Virus record (IMG/VR): IMGVR_UViG_3300045988_083024
DNA length: 56,162 nucleotides
Strand: one strand, 5' to 3'
Source: a virus
Shown: piece by piece, positions 35,219 through 43,496 of the stretch
Numbering within the stretch: the stretch's first letter is position 1
Layout of the letters: each line of letters begins with the position of its first letter
Program-made: the position numbers and the translations under genes
The notes under the pieces: generated by a model
Told to the model about the DNA's origin: nothing
What the model saw: only the letters and a program-made list of their open reading frames with translations
Databases searched by the model: none

Positions 35219-35908
35219 TTACCACTGAATAGCTAAGATAGATGCGTTAGAATAGCTGTCAATTCCAGAGAACGGCTGAATTTCAAAGGCTCTGGTTTCT
35301 CCGGCTTTCAAATCATCGACAAACGTAGAATCCCCACCGATGGGCTTTTCTACACCGTTCTGATCTTTTTTAAGGTAGATAACAGTAACTCGCGCCATTG
35401 TATCGTGCTGGCTGTTGTTAGTGACTTTTCCTGTGTAATAGACGTTTGATCCAGTTCCTTTTCGTGCAACGTCAGATGTTACCAGTTCATTTGAACGAAT
35501 AATGTCATACCCATTCGGTGAAACATAATCATCGTAATCCGCCCAAACGCGAAAATCAACTCGATCAGGTACGGTTCCATCGTATTCGTAGGTGAAATAG
35601 TCTGCGTACCAGTAACTGTCATCAGCAGCAATCCATGATAACACCTGATCTTCTACCTTGATGACACTTCCATCCTTTGCCGAAACCGTTGTTTCGATAT
35701 GAGGATACATCACTGCTAAATTTTTATTCGTGTTCTCAATCTTAACAGCATAGAATATGCGCACAACGCCATCTCTTATAAGCGGGTACACGCCATAGCT
35801 TTTAATCCCGATGGGTTCATACTCCTGTGGCGAAGTGGCGAACGCAATGTCAGAAAAGCAAACCAGCGTTAAAAGAACCGCTATGGCCGCAACAATCTTT
35901 TTCCTCAT
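35219..35908 (-). CDS. Secreted beta-rich protein (moron on the opposite strand)
   Basis: Signal peptide MRKKIVAAIAVLLTLVCFSDIAFA/TS. RBS AAAGGAG. Own promoter and terminator. Confidence 0.7.
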   Translation of the reverse strand: MRKKIVAAIAVLLTLVCFSDIAFATSPQEYEPIGIKSYGVYPLIRDGVVRIFYAVKIENTNKNLAVMYPHIETTVSAKDGSVIKVEDQVLSWIAADDSYWYADYFTYEYDGTVPDRVDFRVWADYDDYVSPNGYDIIRSNELVTSDVARKGTGSNVYYTGKVTNNSQHDTMARVTVIYLKKDQNGVEKPIGGDSTFVDDLKAGETRAFEIQPFSGIDSYSNASILAIQW

Positions 35909-35954
35909 AATGACACTCCTTTTCATTTGAAAGATAGGCGCACGGGCTGTCTTT

Positions 35955-35983
35955 ACTATATCATGCGCAAGGGTATCCGTCAA
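35955..35983 (-). promoter_or_regulatory. Minus-strand promoter TTGACG-17-TATAGT for the secreted-protein gene
   Basis: Reverse complement of cgtcaa (35978-83) and actata (35955-60), 17-nt spacer. Confidence 0.45.
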
Positions 35984-36054
35984 ATGAAAGAATGAGCAAT
36001 TTTTTGAACTAGGCAACGCATTTTGTATAGATTTTTTGACTTTTCGATTTTCTA

Positions 36055-36097
36055 TTGACTTGTAGTGCGCTACAATGTATAATCGTAGTGCGCTACA
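36055..36097 (+). promoter_or_regulatory. Promoter TTGACT-17-TATAAT bracketed by two copies of GTAGTGCGCTACA
   Basis: -35 at 36055-60 and -10 at 36078-83. 13-mer repeats at 36062-74 (in the spacer) and 36085-97, each with TGTAG/CTACA dyad arms. Confidence 0.65.
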
Positions 36098-36113
36098 AAA
36101 AGGAGGTAAAACG

Positions 36114-36287
36114 ATGGCGCAACAGAGCCGTGCGGAGTATTTCAGAGAGCGCAGAAAAGAGAAAAAGCAGTTTTCTGTATTATCTTCCCGCGAATTAGTG
36201 GAACGCTTAGAAGCCAAGCTAAAAGAACAGGGTAAAACTAAGGTTCAGTGGTTCGAGGAAATGGCTAACGAAGAACTCCGCAAATAA
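36114..36287 (+). CDS. Small RHH-like DNA-binding protein
   Basis: 57 aa. KQFSVLSSRELVERLEAKLKEQG fits a strand-helix-helix pattern. RBS AAGGAGG. Confidence 0.5.
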   Translation: MAQQSRAEYFRERRKEKKQFSVLSSRELVERLEAKLKEQGKTKVQWFEEMANEELRK

Positions 36288-36338
36288 AAAACACAGGATG
36301 CCAACTTTTCCACGGCAACATCCTGTGTTCTGAACCCA

Positions 36339-36390
36339 TACCGAAAAGCACGGTACAAAATCCACATTCATTGTACCATGCTTTTCGGTA
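36339..36390. repeat. Long near-perfect inverted repeat (20-bp arms, 12-nt spacer)
   Basis: taccgaaaagcacggtacaa ... ttgtaccatgcttttcggta with one mismatch. No T-run follows it. Confidence 0.8.
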
Positions 36391-36418
36391 GCAATCAATA
36401 TTGAGAGGTCAAAAAACT

Positions 36419-36589
36419 ATGGATACTACCGTAAAAGAAAAAGTCATGGCAGAGATTGAGAACATCGACAGCATGATCTGTGTTATTACAGAGCATGAGC
36501 CGCACATGGGCCGTATCGCCGATGCAATGATACGCGAAATCATGGAAACCACTTCCTGCATTTTGGATATTCTGAAAAAGGCGGTGTGA
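36419..36589 (+). CDS. Hypothetical small protein
   Basis: 56-aa ORF immediately upstream of the Bro-N gene. Confidence 0.4.
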   Translation: MDTTVKEKVMAEIENIDSMICVITEHEPHMGRIADAMIREIMETTSCILDILKKAV

Positions 36590-36592
36590 GAT

Positions 36593-37297
36593 ATGGACGG
36601 ATTGCAAGTGTTCTCCCGCCCAGAGTTCGGAAACATCCGCACTCTTACTATTGAGGGCGCACCGTGGTTTGTCGGAAAGGATATAGCCGCCGCTTTAGGG
36701 TATAAGGACAGCGTGAACGCCTTAAAATCACACGTTGACGATGAAGATAAGAGGGGGTGGCGAGTTACCACCCCCTCCGGTGAACAGCAAGCAAACATCA
36801 TCAACGAAAGCGGTTTGTACTCGCTCATCCTGTCCAGCAAGCTCCCAGCTGCGAAGCAATTTAAGCGGTGGGTCACATCTGAGGTGTTGCCCGCTTTACG
36901 GAAAACAGGACAGTATCAGATTGTGCCTGAGCCAGAACCGGGGCAAGAAGCTACACGCGCTTTAACCACAGATGACTACATTACTGCCGCGCAGATTGTT
37001 TCTCGCTGCCGGAGTGACCGACTGCCCATTGTCCTGACCCTGTTAGACCGTGGCGGCTTTGACACGGCATTGATTCCGCAAGCTACCCATCGAACAGAAC
37101 ACCGCCGCCCCGGTCGTGCGTTGCTCCCAGTAGCTAACCCGGACAATGACGAGGTGATTGCGGTTCTTTCGCATTATGGTGTTCGTGAAGCGGCAGAACT
37201 GACAGGATTAAATCCGGGTTTGATTTCTGTCTATCGGCGGGGTATCCGCAAACCGCCAGCAGAACAGCGTGAACATATTCTTGTGGTTCTAAGTTAA
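36593..37297 (+). CDS. Bro-N domain antirepressor-like protein
   Basis: FGNIRTLTIEGAPWFVGKDIAAALGY...SGLYSLILSSKLPAAKQFKRWVTSEVLPALRKTG. Confidence 0.75.
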   Translation: MDGLQVFSRPEFGNIRTLTIEGAPWFVGKDIAAALGYKDSVNALKSHVDDEDKRGWRVTTPSGEQQANIINESGLYSLILSSKLPAAKQFKRWVTSEVLPALRKTGQYQIVPEPEPGQEATRALTTDDYITAAQIVSRCRSDRLPIVLTLLDRGGFDTALIPQATHRTEHRRPGRALLPVANPDNDEVIAVLSHYGVREAAELTGLNPGLISVYRRGIRKPPAEQREHILVVLS

Positions 37298-37306
37298 AGC
37301 ATAGCA

Positions 37307-37339
37307 AAAGGCCCGTAGGCGTTTAACCTACGGGCCTTT
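37307..37339. terminator. Bidirectional terminator between the Bro-N and integrase genes
   Basis: 13-bp stem aaaggcccgtagg/cctacgggccttt. Overlaps the integrase stop codon. Confidence 0.6.
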
Positions 37340-38918
37340 CTACTGTCATCACGAAACACATTTTGATGAGCCGCACATTGAGTTCGTATGTGCGTGTTAT
37401 GGTGGAGCATGACGCACGGTGTACGAACTTTTCAACGACACCATCCGCGATGTCCGCCAGCTCTATAATCTCTGGTTTTTCACATGAATCCGTGAAATTG
37501 AACGCCAGTGTGATTTTGTCATCGTACAGATACACGGCATTCACGAATGTTTTTACCAGCCGTTTCCGGCTGTCTACGTCATCCATATCTAGCCCGCGCA
37601 TGGATTCAAGGAAGAACAGGATGCGATCTTCTGTGAGGTCGAAAGATTCCTCTGACAGCTTGATTTCAGCCAGCGTCCGGGTGAGGGCCGCTTTCTGGTT
37701 TTCCAGATCATCCAGCCGGGATTTTGTGGATGCACTGAAAATGCCCGCCTCCATCGCCCGGATCAGATTGTCAATAGAACTTTCCACGCTGGACAGTTGC
37801 GCCTTTATCGCGGCGGACTGATCCAGCTTTTTCTTTTCCTCCAGATAATAGGTGTAGGCCTTATGCGCGATGAACTCCAAGAACTCTTGATCGAACAACA
37901 CTCGGCGAATCTGTTGTAGCACAACTTTCTCTATCCAGTCCTGCCGAACCGCTTTCTTAGAGCAGTTCCGTTCCCTCTTTTTCCCGGCGCAAATGTAGTA
38001 GTTGTACGTTGCGCCCGTTCGGGATGTGCCGCATTCGCCCACCATCTTAGAGCCGCAGTGCCCGCAGAACAGCTTATCCGTCAGCAGATACGTTGCCCGG
38101 TTCCATGTGTTCACCGGGGATCGGTGATTGATCTCCAGCATCTCCTGCACCTTGTCGAATGTTTCACGGCTGACCAGTGCGGGGATTCCGCCCTCTACGC
38201 GCACCTCATCTTTGAACAGGTATACTCCCGCATACCGTTCGTTCTTGAGGATCGTCCAGAGGGAGTTTTTAGTGAACGGCTTGCCCCGGACGGTACGCAG
38301 CCCTTTCTCGTTCAGCAGCCGCACGATGTCCATGCCGGTGTAGCCCTCCGCGTATTTCTCAAAGATCAGCTGCACCGTGGGGGCAGTGTCCGGGTCAATG
38401 ACATACTTTTTCGTTTTAGGGTCAATCGCGTATCCCAGCGAACAATGCCCGCCGATGGCTTGACACTTCTCCGCGCTGGCACGGATGCCCCGGCGGATGT
38501 TCTGGGCAAGCTGCAAGCTGTAATACTCTGCCATGCCCTCCAGAACGCTTTCCAGAATGACACCCTCCGGGCTGTCTGGAACGGCCTCGGCGATGTATTC
38601 CACCCGGACATCATTCTTTTTGCAGCGGTACTTGTTGAACGTGATTTCTTCACGATTTCGCCCGAAACGGTCTACCTTCCAGACGATGATGACCGAAAAC
38701 TCATGCTTTGCCGTGTCGGACAGCATCTGCTGGAAAGCCTCGCGGTTGTCGTTTTTACCCGTTTTAGCCCGGTCAACATATTCTTTGACGATGGTGTATC
38801 CCTTGGCTTTTGCATATATCTGAGCTGCGCTTATCTGGCCCTCTATGCTCTGTTCTGTTTGCGAATGGGATGAGTACCGGGCATAGACAACTGCCCGGAT
38901 TTCGCTCTCTTTTTTCAT
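37323..38918 (-). CDS. int: Large serine recombinase (integrase)
   Basis: N-terminal resolvase domain VYARYSSHSQTEQSIEGQ, a recombinase domain and a Cys-rich zinc ribbon (CGHCGSKM...YYICAGKKRERNC). 531 aa. Confidence 0.9.
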   Translation of the reverse strand: MKKESEIRAVVYARYSSHSQTEQSIEGQISAAQIYAKAKGYTIVKEYVDRAKTGKNDNREAFQQMLSDTAKHEFSVIIVWKVDRFGRNREEITFNKYRCKKNDVRVEYIAEAVPDSPEGVILESVLEGMAEYYSLQLAQNIRRGIRASAEKCQAIGGHCSLGYAIDPKTKKYVIDPDTAPTVQLIFEKYAEGYTGMDIVRLLNEKGLRTVRGKPFTKNSLWTILKNERYAGVYLFKDEVRVEGGIPALVSRETFDKVQEMLEINHRSPVNTWNRATYLLTDKLFCGHCGSKMVGECGTSRTGATYNYYICAGKKRERNCSKKAVRQDWIEKVVLQQIRRVLFDQEFLEFIAHKAYTYYLEEKKKLDQSAAIKAQLSSVESSIDNLIRAMEAGIFSASTKSRLDDLENQKAALTRTLAEIKLSEESFDLTEDRILFFLESMRGLDMDDVDSRKRLVKTFVNAVYLYDDKITLAFNFTDSCEKPEIIELADIADGVVEKFVHRASCSTITRTYELNVRLIKMCFVMTVERPVG

Positions 38919-38950
38919 ACCATCACCCGCCCGCCAGTGTGCGGGCTTTT

Positions 38951-39253
38951 TTATTGCCGCAGATAATCGCCCACGTTATCCCGGAACTTGCCCAGTTTCA
39001 GCCGGATCAAGTCAGGCACGTTGAAACAGGCCAGCAAAAACAATACCCATAAAGAAATAAGTTTTTCGCTACCAGCACCCTCAAAAAGTGCGGCTAGTAC
39101 GCCCATCCAAAATACAAAGCCGATAGCCGCATGAATCAGCCCGGCCTTGATCCGGCCAACGTAGAAGTAGTGTAGCCCGATTCCGCCACATAGTAAAAGC
39201 TTGATCGCCTTATCCTTTGACTTGTCGCTGGTGCTAGTTGTATAGTTTGCCAT
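38951..39253 (-). CDS. TM2-domain membrane protein
   Basis: LLLCGGIGLHYFYVGRIKAGLIHAAIGFVFW. Lies between the repressor and integrase genes. Confidence 0.65.
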   Translation of the reverse strand: MANYTTSTSDKSKDKAIKLLLCGGIGLHYFYVGRIKAGLIHAAIGFVFWMGVLAALFEGAGSEKLISLWVLFLLACFNVPDLIRLKLGKFRDNVGDYLRQ

Positions 39254-39309
39254 TTTATAATCCTCCCGTCCTTTTTCCGAAATCTACATAGACTAAGTTA
39301 CCTACTGCT

Positions 39310-39708
39310 TTACGCACCCGCCTGTGTGTGCTGCACCACCCGATACTTTTCATTTGACAGCAGATAGTCCATAAAGGATTCCGCCTTTTTCCGATCTTCG
39401 TCATCGAGGCTTAAATACATATCTATAATCTTGATTCCAGTCTGATCCTCATTGGAATCAGTTTTTGCTTGATCTGGTACGCCTTTGCTGTAATCAGTTT
39501 TATCATCGGTGCGCTCTAACAGATAATCGGTGGATACATGAAAATAATCCGCAATCTTTACCAGTTCGGTCTGTTTCGGTGCGATTCCGTTTTTCTTCCA
39601 TCCGCTAATAGAACCTCTTGAAACACCCCAAAGATTGGCCAGCGATTCCGAATGTGTGCTTACACCCATTTCATCACAGCAAGCCTTATACCTGTCGAAA
39701 AAAGCCAT
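39310..39708 (-). CDS. XRE-family (CI-like) repressor
   Basis: HTH LANLWGVSRGSISGWKKNGIAPKQTELVKIADYFHVSTDYLL. Divergent from the early operon. Confidence 0.8.
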   Translation of the reverse strand: MAFFDRYKACCDEMGVSTHSESLANLWGVSRGSISGWKKNGIAPKQTELVKIADYFHVSTDYLLERTDDKTDYSKGVPDQAKTDSNEDQTGIKIIDMYLSLDDEDRKKAESFMDYLLSNEKYRVVQHTQAGA

Positions 39709-39779
39709 GTGCCCTCCTGTTCAGTTTTCCGCACAAGGCCGTAAAGAGCAGCTCTGTTTAGTTTTCCGCTCAATTAGTA

Positions 39780-39807
39780 TTGACATGAGCAGAAAAATGA
39801 ATATAAT
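39780..39807 (+). promoter_or_regulatory. Early rightward promoter TTGACA-16-TATAAT
   Basis: Near-exact copy of the promoter at 25067. The GAGCAGAAAAATGAAT element lies in its spacer. Confidence 0.7.
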
Positions 39808-39910
39808 AGAGTTGTAGTTCAGAAAAATGCTCAAAACGGAACAAGACCCATCGGAAATCCCCATTTCCTGAGTTTTGTTTTGTGCTATTAAATTGTGTTG
39901 TGGTGACTCG

Positions 39911-39938
39911 ATTATAGCGCAAAAGAGCAGAAAATTCA
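39911..39938 (-). promoter_or_regulatory. Candidate leftward promoter for the repressor operon (TTGAAT-16-TATAAT on the minus strand)
   Basis: Reverse complement of attcaa (39933-38) and attata (39911-16). Overlapped by GAGCAGAAAATTCAAC at 39925-39940. Confidence 0.35.
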
Positions 39939-39981
39939 ACTGAATTATAGAAAAAACAGGAAAGAAAGCGAGGTGATAGCC

Positions 39982-40227
39982 ATGCTTGAGGCATGGACTG
40001 GCGAGGTTAAGGGTCGTTGCCATGTGGCACAGATCAAGATTGATGATCTGGCTGCTGCCTGTGACTTCTCTCCGACGTATCTGTCGCGTGTGCTGAACGG
40101 TCACGATTGTTCTGAAAAAACCAAGACGCACATTTTCGCGGCTCTGGATCGTCTGGAGGAAAAAGTCAGAGAGGAAGAAGCAAACCATGAAGATCATTCC
40201 GAAGCTGATCCCCCAGGCAGAAGTTAA
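39982..40227 (+). CDS. Cro-like HTH regulator
   Basis: IDDLAAACDFSPTYLSRVLNG. RBS GAGGTG. First ORF of the early operon. Confidence 0.6.
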   Translation: MLEAWTGEVKGRCHVAQIKIDDLAAACDFSPTYLSRVLNGHDCSEKTKTHIFAALDRLEEKVREEEANHEDHSEADPPGRS

Positions 40228-40351
40228 TCTGCTGGCCGCTACCGTTTTGCAGTCTGCAAAGGCGTTCTACGCTGACCCTCAGAACGAGGCCCGGTATCAG
40301 GCGTGGAAAGCCGAACGTGAAAGAAAAGGAGTAAATCACTATGGAGATTAA
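40187..40351 (+). CDS. Possible small ORF (54 aa)
   Basis: ATG with GAGGAAG upstream. Overlaps the 3' end of the cro-like ORF in another frame. Not in the ORF track. Confidence 0.25.
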   Translation: MKIIPKLIPQAEVNLLAATVLQSAKAFYADPQNEARYQAWKAERERKGVNHYGD

Positions 40352-41039
40352 GATTCTCATTGAGGCCCCCGAACTGGCCGCTGCCGTGAACAATCTGGCT
40401 ACCGCTGTTTCTAACTTTGGCGAGATCAAGGTTCAGCCCGTCATCAACGCCGCCGATGTCGCTGACAAGGTGGTGAAGCAGACCCGCCGCCGTAAGAGCG
40501 ATAAGCCCGTTGCTGAGGACGTTCCTGCACAGGTCGAGGCTCCCGGCGTACAGAATCCCGATACCCCGGCTACGGCCCCCGTTGAGCCGCCGCACACTGT
40601 TCCCGGCCCTGCACCCGTTCCGCCGCTTACCCCCGCATCTGAGGCCCCTGTTGCTTCCGTAGCGCAGCAGCCTGTGGCAAATCCTATCCCGGCTGCACAG
40701 GCTCCCGTAGTCCAGCAGCCCGTTGCACCCGCTCCGGCTCCCGTGGCAAACCCTATCCCGGCTGTTCAGCAGTCGGTGACTGCCGCACCTGTCACATCCG
40801 TTTCGCAGACTGTCCCCCCTGTTACTACGGGTTCCCTTGTTACTGAGCAGCCTCAGCCCCGCCAGTACACCATGCAGGACATCGCCAAGGTCGGCGCGGC
40901 ACTGCTGGACAAGGGCATGATGCCGCAGCTGTCCGCGATCTTGAACGAGATGGGCGTTATGGCAATTCCTCAGCTGCGTCCTGAGCAGTATCCCGTGGTC
41001 GCTGAAAAGCTCATCGCTCTGGGCGGTAAGTTCGACTAA
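40341..41039 (+). CDS. Pro/Ala/Val-rich hypothetical protein
   Basis: 232 aa, RBS AAGGAG. The central about 120 aa are low complexity (PVAxPxPA repeats). Confidence 0.55.
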   Translation: MEIKILIEAPELAAAVNNLATAVSNFGEIKVQPVINAADVADKVVKQTRRRKSDKPVAEDVPAQVEAPGVQNPDTPATAPVEPPHTVPGPAPVPPLTPASEAPVASVAQQPVANPIPAAQAPVVQQPVAPAPAPVANPIPAVQQSVTAAPVTSVSQTVPPVTTGSLVTEQPQPRQYTMQDIAKVGAALLDKGMMPQLSAILNEMGVMAIPQLRPEQYPVVAEKLIALGGKFD

Positions 41040-41048
41040 GGGAGGCGG

Positions 41049-42293
41049 ATGGATATGCCTACACCGAGTAAACACGCTCTCTGCTCCAGCAGTTCAGCCC
41101 ATCGCTGGCTGAATTGCACCGCCGCTCCGCGTTTTGAGTTGAATTTCCCCAGCAGCACCAGCAGTTTTGCCGAGGAAGGCACACTGGCTCACGAATTTTG
41201 TGAACTGTATGCCCGGTACAAGTTTGGGCAGTTGGATAAGAAGAAATTCAACAATGCCCTCAAAAAGTTGCAGGGCAAGCCCTACTACGCTGACGAGATG
41301 CTCCACTGTGCTGAGTTCTACGCGGATCACCTCATGGAAAAGGCGAATGGCTATTCTGTGATGCCGTACACGGCAAGCGAGGTACACGTTGACTTTTCTG
41401 TATTTGTGCCGGACGGTTTCGGCACTTGTGATAATGTGATGATTGGTGATGACATCATCGACATCACCGATTACAAGCACGGAAAGGGCGTTCCCGTTTC
41501 TCCCGTGGAAAATCCGCAGATGAAGCTGTACGCCATCGGTGCGGTGGAAAAGTATAAAGCGATGTACGGTGACACAATCAAGCGTGTTCGCATGACCATC
41601 GTTCAGCCCCGTATCACTGAGGATGTTCACCCCTATGAAACGACTGTCGAGGCTCTGTATGAATGGGGCCGAAAAATCGTACAGCCCGCAGCACAGGCCG
41701 CTTTTACGGGCAACGGTGCGCAGTTTAATCCCGGTGATTGGTGTCGGTTCTGCCGTGGCAAGGCCCAGTGTCGTGCCCGTGCCGAACAGAACACTGCACT
41801 GGCTGAGTTTAAGGATTGCGTTCCTGTCGGTCAGATTCCGGCTGGTGAATGCGCTGATCCGGCTGGTCGTAAGATGCTGGGTCTGCCGCCCATCCTGTCC
41901 GATGATGAAATCGGTGATCTGCTGACCGTGGGCGAAAACCTCATCCACTGGTACGGTTCCATCAAGGACTATGCGCTGGATCGGTTGATGCAGGGTCATC
42001 CCATCAAGGGCTATAAGTGTGTTGCTGGTCGCAGTGTCCGTTCTTTTGCTGACACGGATACCGCCATCAAAACGCTGCTGGACAGCGGCATTGACCGCGC
42101 TCTGATCTACGATTATAAGCCGAAAAGCCTCTCCGAATTGGAAAAGGTCATCGGCAAGAAGCACTTTGGCGAACTGCTGGAGGATCAGATCGTGAGGCCG
42201 ATGGGTGCGCCTACACTGGCAAAAGAGAGTGATAAGCGGCCCGCATACAGTTCGGCCGAAGCAGACTTTGCGGGTGTAAAGCATGAAGATTGA
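41049..42293 (+). CDS. DUF2800-type PD-(D/E)XK (Cas4-like) nuclease
   Basis: N-terminus SSSAHRWLNCTAAP, core DITDYKHGKG, C-terminal Cys cluster WCRFCRGKAQC. Confidence 0.7.
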   Translation: MDMPTPSKHALCSSSSAHRWLNCTAAPRFELNFPSSTSSFAEEGTLAHEFCELYARYKFGQLDKKKFNNALKKLQGKPYYADEMLHCAEFYADHLMEKANGYSVMPYTASEVHVDFSVFVPDGFGTCDNVMIGDDIIDITDYKHGKGVPVSPVENPQMKLYAIGAVEKYKAMYGDTIKRVRMTIVQPRITEDVHPYETTVEALYEWGRKIVQPAAQAAFTGNGAQFNPGDWCRFCRGKAQCRARAEQNTALAEFKDCVPVGQIPAGECADPAGRKMLGLPPILSDDEIGDLLTVGENLIHWYGSIKDYALDRLMQGHPIKGYKCVAGRSVRSFADTDTAIKTLLDSGIDRALIYDYKPKSLSELEKVIGKKHFGELLEDQIVRPMGAPTLAKESDKRPAYSSAEADFAGVKHED

Positions 42294-42708
42294 TGCCCTG
42301 TCGTTTTCATGCGTTGACTGGTTCCACGGCATCAACTTTTCGTATTGTGGTGATTTTGCAAAGGTGATTCATACCGTTACACAAGATAAGTATACGAAGT
42401 TGATTCGCCTGATGTTCAAGAACGCATGGGATAACAGGCAGGCGATCTCTTGTCTTGATCTCTGGTTCCCGGATGAGCAAGTCCGCACAAAGGAGCAGTG
42501 GAAAGAGGCCGAGCGCATCTATGAACACTGCTACCGGGATACCGATAATCTGCATGGTGTTGAAAAGGCCATTGCAAATGCTCAAAACGATGACCTTTAC
42601 CGTGACATCCAGAAAACCAAGAAAACGTATGAGCGGATCGTAAAACGCCGCTCAATTTACAATGATTTCCGAAAGGAATTTCCAGACTACTACTTTTTAG
42701 GAGGTTAG
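42283..42708 (+). CDS. Hypothetical protein
   Basis: 141-aa ORF overlapping the upstream stop. Confidence 0.45.
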   Translation: MKIDALSFSCVDWFHGINFSYCGDFAKVIHTVTQDKYTKLIRLMFKNAWDNRQAISCLDLWFPDEQVRTKEQWKEAERIYEHCYRDTDNLHGVEKAIANAQNDDLYRDIQKTKKTYERIVKRRSIYNDFRKEFPDYYFLGG

Positions 42709-42713
42709 CTAGT

Positions 42714-43478
42714 ATGTTCCAGAATGATCCTTGTAAGGTTCTGACTGATGAAGTCCGCCTGTCCTACGTCCACATCAATGAGGCGTATGCCAGCCCCTCT
42801 ACCCCCGGCGCAACGCCTAAGTTCAGCGTGTCGCTGCTGATTCCCAAGACCAATACTGCACTGGTGGAGCAGATCAAGGCAGCTATCCGCGCCGCAGCTC
42901 AGACCGCTGCATCTTCCCAGTGGGGCGGTTTCTGCCTGCCGGAAACTGCGCTGTTCTCCGTCCTGCATGACGGTGACGGCGTGAACCAGTCCGGCAAGCC
43001 CTACGGCCCGGAGGCTAAGGGCTGCTACGTTCTGGGCGCATCCAGCGCACAGCAGCCGCAGGTCATCCGCTGGCTGTTCGCCAATGGCACATGGAGCAAG
43101 GTTCCCGCCCAGCCGCAGGAGATTTACAGCGGTATGTATGGTCAGGTGACTATCCGCTTCTTTGGCACGAACAAGGGCGGTAACAAGATGTGCTGTGGTC
43201 TGAACAACGTCCTCAAGACCCGCGATGGTGAGGTTCTGGCTGGCCGTGCATCCGCTGAGGATGATTTTGCTGGTATCGAGGCTCCCCCGGCAAATGTCGC
43301 CGGACAGGTTACTATGGGCGCAGCGGCTACACCGGGCATGGCTCCTGTTGCTGCTCCGGCTCCCGTTGCCGCTCCTGTGGCGCAGCCTCAGCCCGTTGCC
43401 CAGCCTGCCGTGCAGGGTTACACTCCCTATCCGCAGGCGGTAAACGTCAACCCCATTACCGGCGAACCGATCCAGTAA
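42714..43478 (+). CDS. DUF2815 single-strand DNA-binding-like protein
   Basis: VRLSYVHINEAYA... and a Pro/Ala-rich tail. Canonical partner of DUF2800 and PolA. Confidence 0.6.
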   Translation: MFQNDPCKVLTDEVRLSYVHINEAYASPSTPGATPKFSVSLLIPKTNTALVEQIKAAIRAAAQTAASSQWGGFCLPETALFSVLHDGDGVNQSGKPYGPEAKGCYVLGASSAQQPQVIRWLFANGTWSKVPAQPQEIYSGMYGQVTIRFFGTNKGGNKMCCGLNNVLKTRDGEVLAGRASAEDDFAGIEAPPANVAGQVTMGAAATPGMAPVAAPAPVAAPVAQPQPVAQPAVQGYTPYPQAVNVNPITGEPIQ

Positions 43479-43496
43479 AGCGGCGGGAGGCAATCA

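Noticed and set aside
38919-38950. Hairpin gcccgc-cagtgt-gcgggc with a T-run on the + strand between the TM2 and integrase genes; considered as a terminator or attP.
   Set aside because: The T-run is on the non-transcribed strand relative to the flanking minus-strand genes, and the dyad is short. I could not support either role from sequence alone.
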